DNA of 56,608 bases from Deltaproteobacteria bacterium (GCA_019310725.1 JAFDDT010000049.1:1-56608); one strand, 5' to 3'. Shown: positions 16,441-25,173, counted from the first letter of the stretch. The notes: generated from the letters alone by a model not told the origin. Program-made: numbers and translations.

Positions 16441-16785
16441 TCGCTTCGCACTTTCCTTACATATCTTTTCAAGATAGCTGATGAATACACGAACGGCAGT
16501 CCTACACCTCGATTCGCCTTGCATGCCTGCCCGCCATAAGTCTGGCGGGCCAGCCCGCCATCGGCTTCGCCTTCAGGACCTGCCCCACGGACGGCAGGCC
16601 CCAATATCTTCGAACCGTTTGATCCTCATCTCTCTCATCCGCCTAAGACGAAACCCCTGAACCAGTTACGTTATATGTTTTATTTATTTTGTTGCGATTT
16701 GCGAATCATATCCCATATCTGACGAGGCATAGTCCTTCGATTCACAATTTCAAAGCCGAGAATCCCCAACCAAAAATCAAATATT

Positions 16786-19700
16786 TTACCACCATTTCCA
16801 TCCACTGAACGTGGCATTAATCTGTCCGGCCAGCCATTCGCTCTGGTTTTTTATCTTACTCAGAGCGATTTCCATGGCCACAAACCTGTTGATCATCTGC
16901 TCCATCTTTCTATCGAGGCGAGCCTCCATTTCTTTGATCTGGTCCTCAAAATCCTCAACCCTGTCTTGCAGGGAATCCTGTTTAAAAGCGATATATCCCT
17001 CATAGTCGTCAGTCATATTATACAGGGCCCGGTCAAAGAGCTCTGCCGCGCCAAGGGTGAGCTTGATTGTTCCAAGATCCCCGGTGGAGGTCCCGGTATA
17101 TTTGACAACCAGACCATCCACATTGGCTTCGCCATCATCGCCGGTAAGAACTTGCCCTGAACCGGTAGCTGCTTCACCATTTATGGTGCCGGTCACATCC
17201 ACGCCGTTACTCACGGTCTGATCTCCGTCTGTCCATAAGAGGTCAGCCGTTTCCGAAATAGTAAAGCTATAGTTGCTGCCGTAATTGTCATGGGTCAATG
17301 TGAGATGATCGCTCCCATCATTGGACGCGGTAATTTCAAAGACATACCGACCCTCTTGGCCCCCTGTGTTGGTGGTGAGAACAGTACCGAAGATATCAAC
17401 CTGGTTCTGAGTCTGGCTATAGTCGAAACTTAATGAAAGCTGACTGTTTCCCGTGTATTTATCTGTAATATCAATATGCCCTGAGCTATCGATTGAGGCA
17501 ATCACTCCGTTTCCATACGCTGATTCGATGGCAGAAAGCAGCCCCTGAACCGTGTCCGCGGATATATCACTAATGGTATATGATCCTGAGATGGATGACC
17601 CGGTTCGAGAGGTTCCGGTAAATGCGATAATATCCCCATTTACCAGTTGGCCGCCATCAATGTTCGTCCATGTCGTAGCAGATGTGATGGGAGACCCGCT
17701 TGCAGTAACAGCAGTGCTTCCCACCAGCTTTTCTGTATACACCGTGTCGAGTTCCGCATTTACGGCATTAATAATATCTGTAATGGTCATGTCGCTGGTC
17801 AGGGAGATGGTGGCGGTCTTATCTCCCTCGGTAATGGTGAGTATTTCATCACTTCCGACTGTGCCGCTCACCGCTGTATTGCTCGTGGTTGTACTCTGGG
17901 TGGCCGCCTGGGTGATGTTTACGGTGTATTCTCCTGCTTGGGTGTCATAAGCGTGTGAGACATATTCGAGTGTGCCCACACTGGCGGTTCCATTGGCCGA
18001 AAACAGGAGCTTTACGTCATTGAAATTGGTTTCGAGATATCCCTGAAGCGTGTCCCTGTCTATGCTCAACTGGCCTTCGCTGTCCAGATTAACCCCCACG
18101 AGTCCAGGAATGGCGAAATCAGATGAAACACCCCACACAGAATTGACCAGAATGGAGGTTAGGTCCGACTTCACCGAAGAAAGGGTGCCGTCACCAAAGA
18201 GCACTCCACCTGTTTTCTGCTCATCTGGGTCGTATGACTGCTGCTCGTGGATGTATGAGGCCACTTCATTGTAGGCCTCTACAAAGGTGCTGACCGTATC
18301 TATAATGGCATCGATATCGCGATCGATGTTCAAGGTAATTGTAGTAGCTGCATCTGCCTTTAACAGATTCAGGGTTACACCGGGGAGCACATCTTCCACC
18401 GAATTATCCGGGCTAGTTATTGAAACCCCATCTACTAGGATGGTTGCGTCCTGACCCTGCACCACCTCCCGGTTCCGCACAACCCCGGCATCCTGATTGG
18501 AGATCCCGAAATCGAGAGAGCCCTTATCTACGTCATCGGCCAAGGTTACATTCAAAGAGGAGCTTTGGCTTGTGCTGTTATCTACAATCTGGATTTTACC
18601 ATCACCAGTAACTGAGGCTGTCACATCCCCGTATTCGTTCTCTAAGGCAGTCAAAAGATCCTGAACGGTAGTTGTGGAAGTGATATTGAACCAGTAATCT
18701 ACGCTTCCATTATCTGTGTCCTTCCCGGTAAATTGAATTCTGTCTCCAGACGTCCATTCCAGATATCCATCGATATCTGCCAACACTGTGCTGGCAGTGA
18801 TGGCCTGGCCATTGGTGGTCATTTCGTTCGTGCCGGCAATACCCAGAACATTTCCTACACCACCCTTGATCAAACCCAATGTCTGGAAGATGTTATTCTC
18901 ATCCGAAAAGGGATCTGTATCGGCAATACCATCTATCTGAAGCCGGTAATAGGTGGTGCCGCTCACTGTTTCTGAAACCACGGATGCGTTCAAACTGGTA
19001 CTTCCCGCCGCATTATTGATGGCATCCCTGATGTCGTACAAATCATCGGTTGCCAAATCTATACTTATGGCATCGGAGGTGCCATCGATTGCCTCTATCG
19101 TCAATTGGGTAGTGCTTGACTGCGCGTTATTCAAATCAAGTAGGTCCTCAATGCTGGTGCTCACACTGGTAAATCGGTCACTCTGAGCGCCGCCGGTAAT
19201 GCTATTCTTGACCTCATAGGAACCTGAGGCCGTCTCTGAAAAACCTAGGTTCCCCAGAATATCCGTGGCAGAGGCGTTGAGCAGGGATATACCGTCTTCG
19301 CCGGTATCATCGCTCGTGAGGAGCAGCCGGTAGTTATTGGTTCCGTAGTTAACGATACTGGCGGTAACCCCCGTCGGGTTGGAGCCCGAATTTGCATTAT
19401 TGATTTTGTCCCTTACATCGGCGAGGCTGTCTGTCACGCTAATCGCAATAACCGTTCCATTGATCAGGATATCTCCGACATATGCACTTCCCAGGGCATC
19501 GGAAAAACTGGAAAATGAATTGGAGGAAAGCTTTTGCGCCGTGGCCAATGCAGATACAACAACTGAGTACGAACCTTGTGACGCGGTTGAGGAGGTAAAA
19601 ACAGATAAGAGATCTGAGGCCTCAACCGTGGCGCTGTCAGAGGTCATAAGGGAAGTGAAGACGTTAAAGTCTTCGGGATCCTTGAGCCCTTCAGCGGCTG

Positions 19701-19881
19701 TCTTGAGGGAAAGAAGTTTGGTATTGACTGACTGCCATTCTGCGAGCTTCTCTTCATATTCACGTTTTCTGGTCTCAATCAAATCAACGGGTCGGCGCTC
19801 GATCTTCATCAATTCATCGATCATAGAGCGCCAATCAAAACCACTGGCAAGGCCGCTGATAAGGTTAGTGCTTAATCCCAT
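16786..19881 (-). CDS. fliD: Flagellar filament cap protein FliD (hook-associated protein 2), unusually long
   Basis: N-terminus GLASGFDWRSMIDELMKIERRPVDL and C-terminus RLDRKMEQMINRFVAMEIALSKIKNQSEWL are FliD N and C domains. The Ser/Thr/Asp-rich centre carries repeated flagellin-IN-type motifs (LADVRDKINNANSG, LYDIRDAINNAAGS, ITDIINAVNAEL). Confidence 0.9.
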   Translation of the reverse strand: MGLSTNLISGLASGFDWRSMIDELMKIERRPVDLIETRKREYEEKLAEWQSVNTKLLSLKTAAEGLKDPEDFNVFTSLMTSDSATVEASDLLSVFTSSTASQGSYSVVVSALATAQKLSSNSFSSFSDALGSAYVGDILINGTVIAISVTDSLADVRDKINNANSGSNPTGVTASIVNYGTNNYRLLLTSDDTGEDGISLLNASATDILGNLGFSETASGSYEVKNSITGGAQSDRFTSVSTSIEDLLDLNNAQSSTTQLTIEAIDGTSDAISIDLATDDLYDIRDAINNAAGSTSLNASVVSETVSGTTYYRLQIDGIADTDPFSDENNIFQTLGLIKGGVGNVLGIAGTNEMTTNGQAITASTVLADIDGYLEWTSGDRIQFTGKDTDNGSVDYWFNITSTTTVQDLLTALENEYGDVTASVTGDGKIQIVDNSTSQSSSLNVTLADDVDKGSLDFGISNQDAGVVRNREVVQGQDATILVDGVSITSPDNSVEDVLPGVTLNLLKADAATTITLNIDRDIDAIIDTVSTFVEAYNEVASYIHEQQSYDPDEQKTGGVLFGDGTLSSVKSDLTSILVNSVWGVSSDFAIPGLVGVNLDSEGQLSIDRDTLQGYLETNFNDVKLLFSANGTASVGTLEYVSHAYDTQAGEYTVNITQAATQSTTTSNTAVSGTVGSDEILTITEGDKTATISLTSDMTITDIINAVNAELDTVYTEKLVGSTAVTASGSPITSATTWTNIDGGQLVNGDIIAFTGTSRTGSSISGSYTISDISADTVQGLLSAIESAYGNGVIASIDSSGHIDITDKYTGNSQLSLSFDYSQTQNQVDIFGTVLTTNTGGQEGRYVFEITASNDGSDHLTLTHDNYGSNYSFTISETADLLWTDGDQTVSNGVDVTGTINGEAATGSGQVLTGDDGEANVDGLVVKYTGTSTGDLGTIKLTLGAAELFDRALYNMTDDYEGYIAFKQDSLQDRVEDFEDQIKEMEARLDRKMEQMINRFVAMEIALSKIKNQSEWLAGQINATFSGWKWW

Positions 19882-19935
19882 ACTTGCCCCCCTTTAAAGA
19901 AAATCTGGTACGAGTACATATCAATCTCCATATAA

Positions 19936-19963
19936 CTATCGGAAAAATTTTCCCAAAACTTGA
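19936..19963 (-). promoter_or_regulatory. Sigma28 (FliA)-type promoter for fliD: TCAAGTTT-N12-TCCGATAG
   Basis: The minus strand reads TCAAGTTTtgggaaaattttTCCGATAG, 55 nt upstream of the fliD ATG. Compare the consensus TAAAGTTT-N11-GCCGATAA. The same two boxes recur at 22940-22967. Confidence 0.6.
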
Positions 19964-20025
19964 GATTTTTCCTCTGCAATAATGGATGTAGCAAGATATT
20001 TGCCAATACCATTATTACCAAAATG

Positions 20026-20057
20026 AAAACCCCGCTCCTGAAAAGAAGCGGGGTTTC
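20026..20057 (-). terminator. Rho-independent terminator (copy A)
   Basis: Stem aaaccccgct / agcggggttt (20027-20036 and 20047-20056). On the minus strand it is followed by a T-rich tail. Near-identical to 21456-21487. Confidence 0.7.
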
Positions 20058-20128
20058 TGCACGTCCTTAATGAGTATCTGGCTCAACTATACATAACGAA
20101 TGCTGAATTTCAGGATGTGTGTGATCAT

Positions 20129-20355
20129 GCCTGCCTGTGCTGGAGTTCCGGCAGACAAGCCGAACAGCCCTTCACCCTGTTAGGGGACCCTGGCAGGGCG
20201 CTCTGCCATTCGAGGTTTTGTCCTCCCATACGTCTGGAGGGCTGGCTTTCAAGCAAGGTCAACGAAAGACCTGTCTGCGTACAACGCACAGGCAGGAAGG
20301 TAATCCGACTCGGCTGAGCTCGTCGCAGGCTGAACCCCGCCTTGCATCAGTCGGG
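20129..20355. other. GC-rich structured element of unknown nature
   Basis: A perfect 11-bp long-range pairing joins cctgcctgtgc (20130-20140) and gcacaggcagg (20286-20296). A second helix joins ccgact (20305-20310) and agtcgg (20349-20354), and there is an internal hairpin cctcc..ggagg. GC content is well above the flanks and there is no protein-like ORF. Confidence 0.3.
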
Positions 20356-20450
20356 TAGGGGTGAGCTCTGAACCTTTGAACGCCTACTATATTTACTAAA
20401 GAAATATCAATCTCACAAAACCTAGCAAAGGAGACCACGAGATCCACAGT

Positions 20451-20741
20451 TTATCGAAATGTAGCATTATCAAATTCTTTGGGCGATAAATCTATCTGCA
20501 AAACAGTCAACCAAAAATTCAGGGTCCGCTTGAACCACAACCCTCTTCTTGGTTTCTTAACAACCTGTTCTAAATCATCTTCTGAATAATTTTTATACAG
20601 CCACTCAACACCTTGCCAATCCCCATAATTCAGGACCTGAGTGATTACGAGATTTTTATGGCGGCCGAAATCGAGTTCAGATATATCATATGACCAGAGA
20701 CATCTTAGGACGTAATCAGGTATTTTTTCATTATCTATCAT
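20451..20741 (-). CDS. Small protein coupled to the AbiEii-like nucleotidyltransferase (family not recognised with certainty)
   Basis: 96 aa. Its ATG lies 1 nt after the NTase stop (TAGAATG). Composition is Trp/Tyr-rich and globular-looking (LWSYDISELDF, NYGDWQGVEWLYKNY). Confidence 0.55.
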   Translation of the reverse strand: MIDNEKIPDYVLRCLWSYDISELDFGRHKNLVITQVLNYGDWQGVEWLYKNYSEDDLEQVVKKPRRGLWFKRTLNFWLTVLQIDLSPKEFDNATFR

Positions 20742-20742
20742 T

Positions 20743-21396
20743 CTATCTGAGCTTTTCCCTTTTATACGTTATAACAACCTTGATTAAATATTCTTTTACT
20801 TCACCCCAACCTGGGTGATCACTAAATACTCCAATCCTTGATCCAGGGGGGGCACCTTCTGCCTCTTCAAAATAAGTTAGTGCCTGCAAGGCAAGATATG
20901 GGTTAAAGATACCAGGATATTTTTCCTCAGAATAAGAAAAAATTTCTTCTAGCCCAAATCGCTGTATCAAATAATAGATATCAATAAAATCTCGCCTTTC
21001 TCCCCTTTGAATAATGGCAATGAGTTTCATGGCAGAGATATCTTCCAGAGATAAAAGAATTAGGTCTTTTGTGTGAAAAAATGGTCTTATCACCTTGTAA
21101 TCATAGTGGAAAAGACTCACTTGAATCCCTTCAACATAAACAACTAAGGTTCCTTGACTCATCTGAATAACAGAAACATTTTCAAAGAATTGGCGGAATT
21201 GTCTTAATAGTACATCCAATTCAAATTCAGCCTTATCATAAAAATCGAAATCAATCGAGCTTCCATGCCCTATCTGCAAAGCGAGTGCCGTGCCTCCAGC
21301 AAGGTAAATCTCCCTTTCCTTTAGAAACCCCAGCCGAGGCAGAATCTCTCTTTGTTTATTGCTCAGAATATCATAGTAAATCTCTGCTTCCATCAT
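20743..21396 (-). CDS. Nucleotidyltransferase, AbiEii/AbiGii toxin-like family
   Basis: 217 aa. YLAGGTALALQIGHGSSIDFDFY is the GG(T/S)AL..H..S.DxD signature of AbiEii-type NTases. No AbiEi-type wHTH antitoxin gene lies upstream. Confidence 0.65.
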   Translation of the reverse strand: MMEAEIYYDILSNKQREILPRLGFLKEREIYLAGGTALALQIGHGSSIDFDFYDKAEFELDVLLRQFRQFFENVSVIQMSQGTLVVYVEGIQVSLFHYDYKVIRPFFHTKDLILLSLEDISAMKLIAIIQRGERRDFIDIYYLIQRFGLEEIFSYSEEKYPGIFNPYLALQALTYFEEAEGAPPGSRIGVFSDHPGWGEVKEYLIKVVITYKREKLR

Positions 21397-21455
21397 ATAA
21401 TCCAGATTTATTTTGATTATATCTTTTTATCCAATTCCCGCTTCATTAACAACAA

Positions 21456-21487
21456 AAAACCCCGCTTCTGAAAAGAAGCGGGGTTTT
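21456..21487 (-). terminator. Rho-independent terminator downstream of fliC (copy B)
   Basis: Stem aaaaccccgcttc / gaagcggggtttt with loop tgaaaa. On the minus strand it is followed by TTTTTTGTTGTT. It lies 57 nt after the fliC stop. Confidence 0.8.
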
Positions 21488-21543
21488 GGTTTAAGGTTAG
21501 CTTTAGCTATCAGCCATTAGCTGAATCAGCCTGCGGCTGATTA

Positions 21544-22656
21544 CTATCCAAACAGAGCCAGTATCTGCTGCGGTGCCAGGTTCGCCTGGGCCAGCATGGC
21601 AGTACCAGACTGGAGCAGGATCTGGTTCTTGGTAAACGCCGTCATCTCTGCCGCCATATCCACATCCCGGATAACCGACTCCGCAGCCTGGAAGTTTTCA
21701 ACCGAAATCGCCAGGTTACCGGCGGCATACCCAAGGCGGTTCTGGTAGGCACCGATATCGCCTCGAGATTCAGCAACCGTAGAGATAGCAGTCTCTATGT
21801 CATCCAAAATAGCATGGGCCGATGCTGCTGTGGAAATATCATCTGCAGCGAGGCCAAGATCAGTGCTTTGGACACTATCTATGGTTATACCAATGCTGTC
21901 ATAGGCGGCTTCACTGTAGCCAACCTGGAACGAGGCGGTTGTGCCCTCCTGGACGTTGAGGTTAGCACTTGCCAGGGCTGCTCCTAGAGTATCTTTGAGT
22001 CCATTACTTGCCGCTGCTGCTTCAGTCATCGTGAAACTCACCCCGAGTGTGGAGAAATTTACGTTAGCGCTGGTATCCAGGTCAACCGTCTCTGTAACAG
22101 TACCCTTTTGTATCGAGACCACATTCGTGGTCGCGCTGTAGGTTACTGTGTGGGCCCCGGTTGCGGCGTTCAAGACGCTGACATTGTAAATACTATCTAT
22201 ACCACTCCAGGTCGTTGTGGTGTTCCCAGCATTGAACGTACCATCGAGTAGGGCCTTATTTGCGTATTTGGTAGAATCAGAGATTCGGTCAATTTCCAGA
22301 ACCAAGGCGTTGTACTCATTACTCAGCTTGCCAATATCATCGCCTGCGTTCCCCGAGGCAGCCTGAGTGGCAAGCTCCTTCATACGGGTCAGGATTTCCC
22401 CGATCTTGATCATACCACCTTCAGCGGTCTGCAGAAGGGCATTGGCCTCAGAAACGTTTCTCTGTGCCACCTTTAAACTTGCAATCTGAGCCCTAAACCT
22501 CTCAGAAATTGCGAGCCCGGCGGCATCATCTGCCGCAACGTTGATACGATATCCAGAAGAGAGCCTTTCAAGTGACTTCGAAAGCCCCTTATCTGCAACC
22601 ATCAAGTGTCGATGCGCGTTTATCGCAGCGATGTTGTTTTGGATTCTAAGTCCCAT
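21544..22656 (-). CDS. fliC: Flagellin
   Basis: N-terminus MGLRIQNNIAAINAHRHL...LSSGYRINVAADDAAGLAISE and C-terminus TKNQILLQSGTAMLAQANLAPQQILALF are canonical flagellin termini. The Ser/Thr-rich central domain could take O-glycans. RBS AAGGAGGA. Confidence 0.95.
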   Translation of the reverse strand: MGLRIQNNIAAINAHRHLMVADKGLSKSLERLSSGYRINVAADDAAGLAISERFRAQIASLKVAQRNVSEANALLQTAEGGMIKIGEILTRMKELATQAASGNAGDDIGKLSNEYNALVLEIDRISDSTKYANKALLDGTFNAGNTTTTWSGIDSIYNVSVLNAATGAHTVTYSATTNVVSIQKGTVTETVDLDTSANVNFSTLGVSFTMTEAAAASNGLKDTLGAALASANLNVQEGTTASFQVGYSEAAYDSIGITIDSVQSTDLGLAADDISTAASAHAILDDIETAISTVAESRGDIGAYQNRLGYAAGNLAISVENFQAAESVIRDVDMAAEMTAFTKNQILLQSGTAMLAQANLAPQQILALFG

Positions 22657-22753
22657 TGTTTTATCCTCCTTGATATTTGGTTAAATTGTTGATTAGCTGA
22701 GTGGTCAAATACTAAAATCTTTGCTGACCCTTTTCCACTAATCACCCTATTCT

Positions 22754-22765
22754 GGCATCCTTGCC
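22754..22765 (-). promoter_or_regulatory. CsrA-type binding hairpin in the fliC leader (GGCAAGGAUGCC)
   Basis: The minus strand reads ggCAAGGAUGcc, with GGA in the loop of a GGC/GCC stem. This matches the CARGGAUG core of the CsrA SELEX consensus. A second site, CAAGGAGGA, overlaps the fliC SD at 22661-22672. Confidence 0.4.
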
Positions 22766-22821
22766 AAATATTTTTAAGGTTTCTTTTTCAAGCAACCAGA
22801 TAATTATTACTCTCCTCTTTA

Positions 22822-22849
22822 TTATCTGCTGCCTGCTCCCTAGTCTTTA
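22822..22849 (-). promoter_or_regulatory. Possible proximal sigma28-type promoter for fliC: TAAAGACT-N12-GCAGATAA
   Basis: Read on the minus strand. The -35 box is good, but the -10 box deviates in the CCGATA core. Confidence 0.3.
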
Positions 22850-22939
22850 CTCCTTACTAAATTCACCTCCTTTCTGCTGGATTACGCCGAGAATACGATT
22901 TACTTGTTTTTGAACCGTTTTCTCAAAGATTCAATATGT

Positions 22940-22967
22940 CTATCGGATGATCCAGAGAAAAACTTGA
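22940..22967 (-). promoter_or_regulatory. Sigma28-type promoter for fliC: TCAAGTTT-N12-TCCGATAG
   Basis: Both boxes and the spacing are identical to the fliD promoter at 19936-19963. It implies a fliC leader of about 275 nt. Confidence 0.55.
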
Positions 22968-23226
22968 ATTTTTTTGAGGGGAAAGGATCGGAGTGTATTT
23001 TTTGGAGCTTTGTAGGGAGGGGTATACGAACACCCGTCGAAGGGTGTCACATGGCTGGAACACTGAAACCGTCGGAACAGAGAACTCGGCCTTTTTTATC
23101 TCTCTGAAGGCTCAAATACGCGGGAGCGGGCGAGAGATCAACAACAACGGCTTTGCTTATCCACGAGCAACTACGCAAAGCAAGCTTCGGATCGTCCCGC
23201 TTTGTGGGAAAGGCCAAGATATTGAA

Positions 23227-25173
23227 CTAGTGCTGGGCAGATGAAAGAAGCTCAGTGAATCGAGTAGCATCTAGTATCTCCGGTGCAATTTGGGTCGCAA
23301 TACGAAAGGCCATCTCAGCCAGGCTCCATTGTCGCGTGCTGCAAAATCGTTCTGAAACATCGTACAGTACACGGCCGAGACCATCTGACGAATCGATGGA
23401 AATATTGGTATTCATGCCCACAGACTTCATGATCTCCTCAAGGTTACTCGTGAGGCTATCCACATCTCCGGACAGCCAACTCAGACTTACGGCGAGGAAC
23501 CTCTTCTTTGTTGCTTCCGCCACGCTCAACCCATCTTCATCCGCCTTCTGCAAATATCTTGCTGCCTCTTCCAGGTCTTGTTGTTGAAGATACAGCCCCC
23601 CCAACCTCAGGTAAGTGCTCTTATCTTCCGGAAACAGCTCCAGCAACTTCTCGCAAGGCGCAATAGCGTTTTCAATTTCACCCAATTGCTCATATGCGAA
23701 GCTGAGTTTTGTATATGTTTCTCTCAGAGAAGGATCTAAACTAATGCTCCTTTCATAGCTTCTTACTGCTTGGGATATATCTTTTTCTTCAACCTGGATG
23801 TCACCAAATATCGTCCAAATCGCCCCCCAGGAAGGATAGACGTCCAAAAGGGCCTTCATTCTTGTGCGAGCCCCAGGCAAACCTTCTTGAACATAATAAT
23901 CCTTAAATTTCAGTAAAAGTTCCGCATCCCGGTATCCAATATTGTAGGCTATATTTAACCATTTGAGAGCATTTTTCTCCATATTCTGTTCCAGATAAAA
24001 CAGGGTTATGTTTTTGGCCATATCCAAAGGTTTTCCTTGATCCCGAAATGCCTTTTCAAAATATCCTTCTGCCTTATCAAATTCCTTTTCCAAAAAGTGC
24101 ACACACGCCATACCAAAATAGATTTCATGTCTCTTGACATAACTATTGAAATAGATTTCTTGCATCTTTTCAGGGTGTTCCTCGAACATCTGATGCACTT
24201 CAAGATATTTGCGCGACATCTCCATACATCGATTTAGATCCTTTTTCTTAAAATAGATGGCAGCTAAAAAATGGTAGGAGTTGAGGTCGAACTCAAAGAA
24301 ATCAAGCGCCTCATGGCAGATCTCCTCAGCCTTATCTAGATCTCCCAACACAAAATATCCTTGGGCCACAGTGTAATAAACAGAACTGAAGTACGAATTT
24401 CTAAGGTCCTTCCGCCGCATCAGCGCAAGGGCTACTTCTCCCTCTTCAATTGCCTTTTCAAATTCCCTGCGCATGGAATACGAGGCAGCCAGCTGGTAGT
24501 GATGATCCGGGTTTTCAGGGTCCTCGTTGATCCTTTTTTTCAGCAGAGAGGTGGTCCTTAGATGCTTTTCGTGCATCTTTTCCGGAGATAAATCATAGCC
24601 ATAATGCCGAAATCTTAATTTGGTATATGCCCCTTTGCCAGCCGTTTGCAGTTGATTGTGAACCGTTTCGGTATAGTGCATTCCCAGGCCATTTCTAAAA
24701 AGCCTGATTTGATTAAAGACACCGTGCACATTTCCTGTTTTCTCTAGGTCATGGCATTGGAGATAGAGAAAATCGGCATGGGTTTCTTGCAGGCTCCTCT
24801 TTATCTGTGGAGCATCTTCAGAGTAGAATTCCTCGTCAGCGTCCATAATCAAGACCCAATCCTTGGAGGCATACAATATAGACTGGTTCCTATGTTTGCT
24901 GAAATCGTGTTCCCATGGGTGATGGTAGACCTTGGCCCCATAGCTTCTAGCTATTTCAACTGTTCGATCACTAGAGCCTGTATCTACAATGATTATCTCA
25001 TCCACCACATCTTTAGCGCTCTCAAGGCATTGTGGCAGCAACTCCTCCTCGTTTTTGACCATCATGCAAAGGGAAATAGTGGGAAAGTTTTTTTTCGGCG
25101 CATGCAGGTATCTCGCTCTTGAGCCAGAATGCCGTTTTTTTTGTCGCCGGGTTGTCTTCTTCTTCTTGCTCAT
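23227..25173 (-). CDS. Family-2 glycosyltransferase fused to C-terminal TPR repeats (paralog 1)
   Basis: GT2 core ISLCMMVKNEEELLPQCLESAKDVVDEIIIVDTGSSDRT...IMDADE, followed by about 400 aa of TPR-like repeats. It is the last gene of the island before fliC. Confidence 0.8.
   Translation of the reverse strand: MSKKKKTTRRQKKRHSGSRARYLHAPKKNFPTISLCMMVKNEEELLPQCLESAKDVVDEIIIVDTGSSDRTVEIARSYGAKVYHHPWEHDFSKHRNQSILYASKDWVLIMDADEEFYSEDAPQIKRSLQETHADFLYLQCHDLEKTGNVHGVFNQIRLFRNGLGMHYTETVHNQLQTAGKGAYTKLRFRHYGYDLSPEKMHEKHLRTTSLLKKRINEDPENPDHHYQLAASYSMRREFEKAIEEGEVALALMRRKDLRNSYFSSVYYTVAQGYFVLGDLDKAEEICHEALDFFEFDLNSYHFLAAIYFKKKDLNRCMEMSRKYLEVHQMFEEHPEKMQEIYFNSYVKRHEIYFGMACVHFLEKEFDKAEGYFEKAFRDQGKPLDMAKNITLFYLEQNMEKNALKWLNIAYNIGYRDAELLLKFKDYYVQEGLPGARTRMKALLDVYPSWGAIWTIFGDIQVEEKDISQAVRSYERSISLDPSLRETYTKLSFAYEQLGEIENAIAPCEKLLELFPEDKSTYLRLGGLYLQQQDLEEAARYLQKADEDGLSVAEATKKRFLAVSLSWLSGDVDSLTSNLEEIMKSVGMNTNISIDSSDGLGRVLYDVSERFCSTRQWSLAEMAFRIATQIAPEILDATRFTELLSSAQH

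Noticed and set aside
16811-19897. Numerous plus-strand ORFs inside fliD (for example 17552-17950, 17647-17958 and 19379-19897)
   Set aside because: They are antisense shadows of a long, compositionally biased gene. They show low-complexity Ser/Val/Leu composition, have no RBS, and fliD fully explains the region.
20117-20447. Three overlapping ORFs (66, 73 and 62 aa) in the GC-rich element
   Set aside because: They overlap each other in different frames, are Cys/Arg/Gly-rich with non-protein-like composition, and lack an RBS. The region is better explained as structured non-coding DNA.
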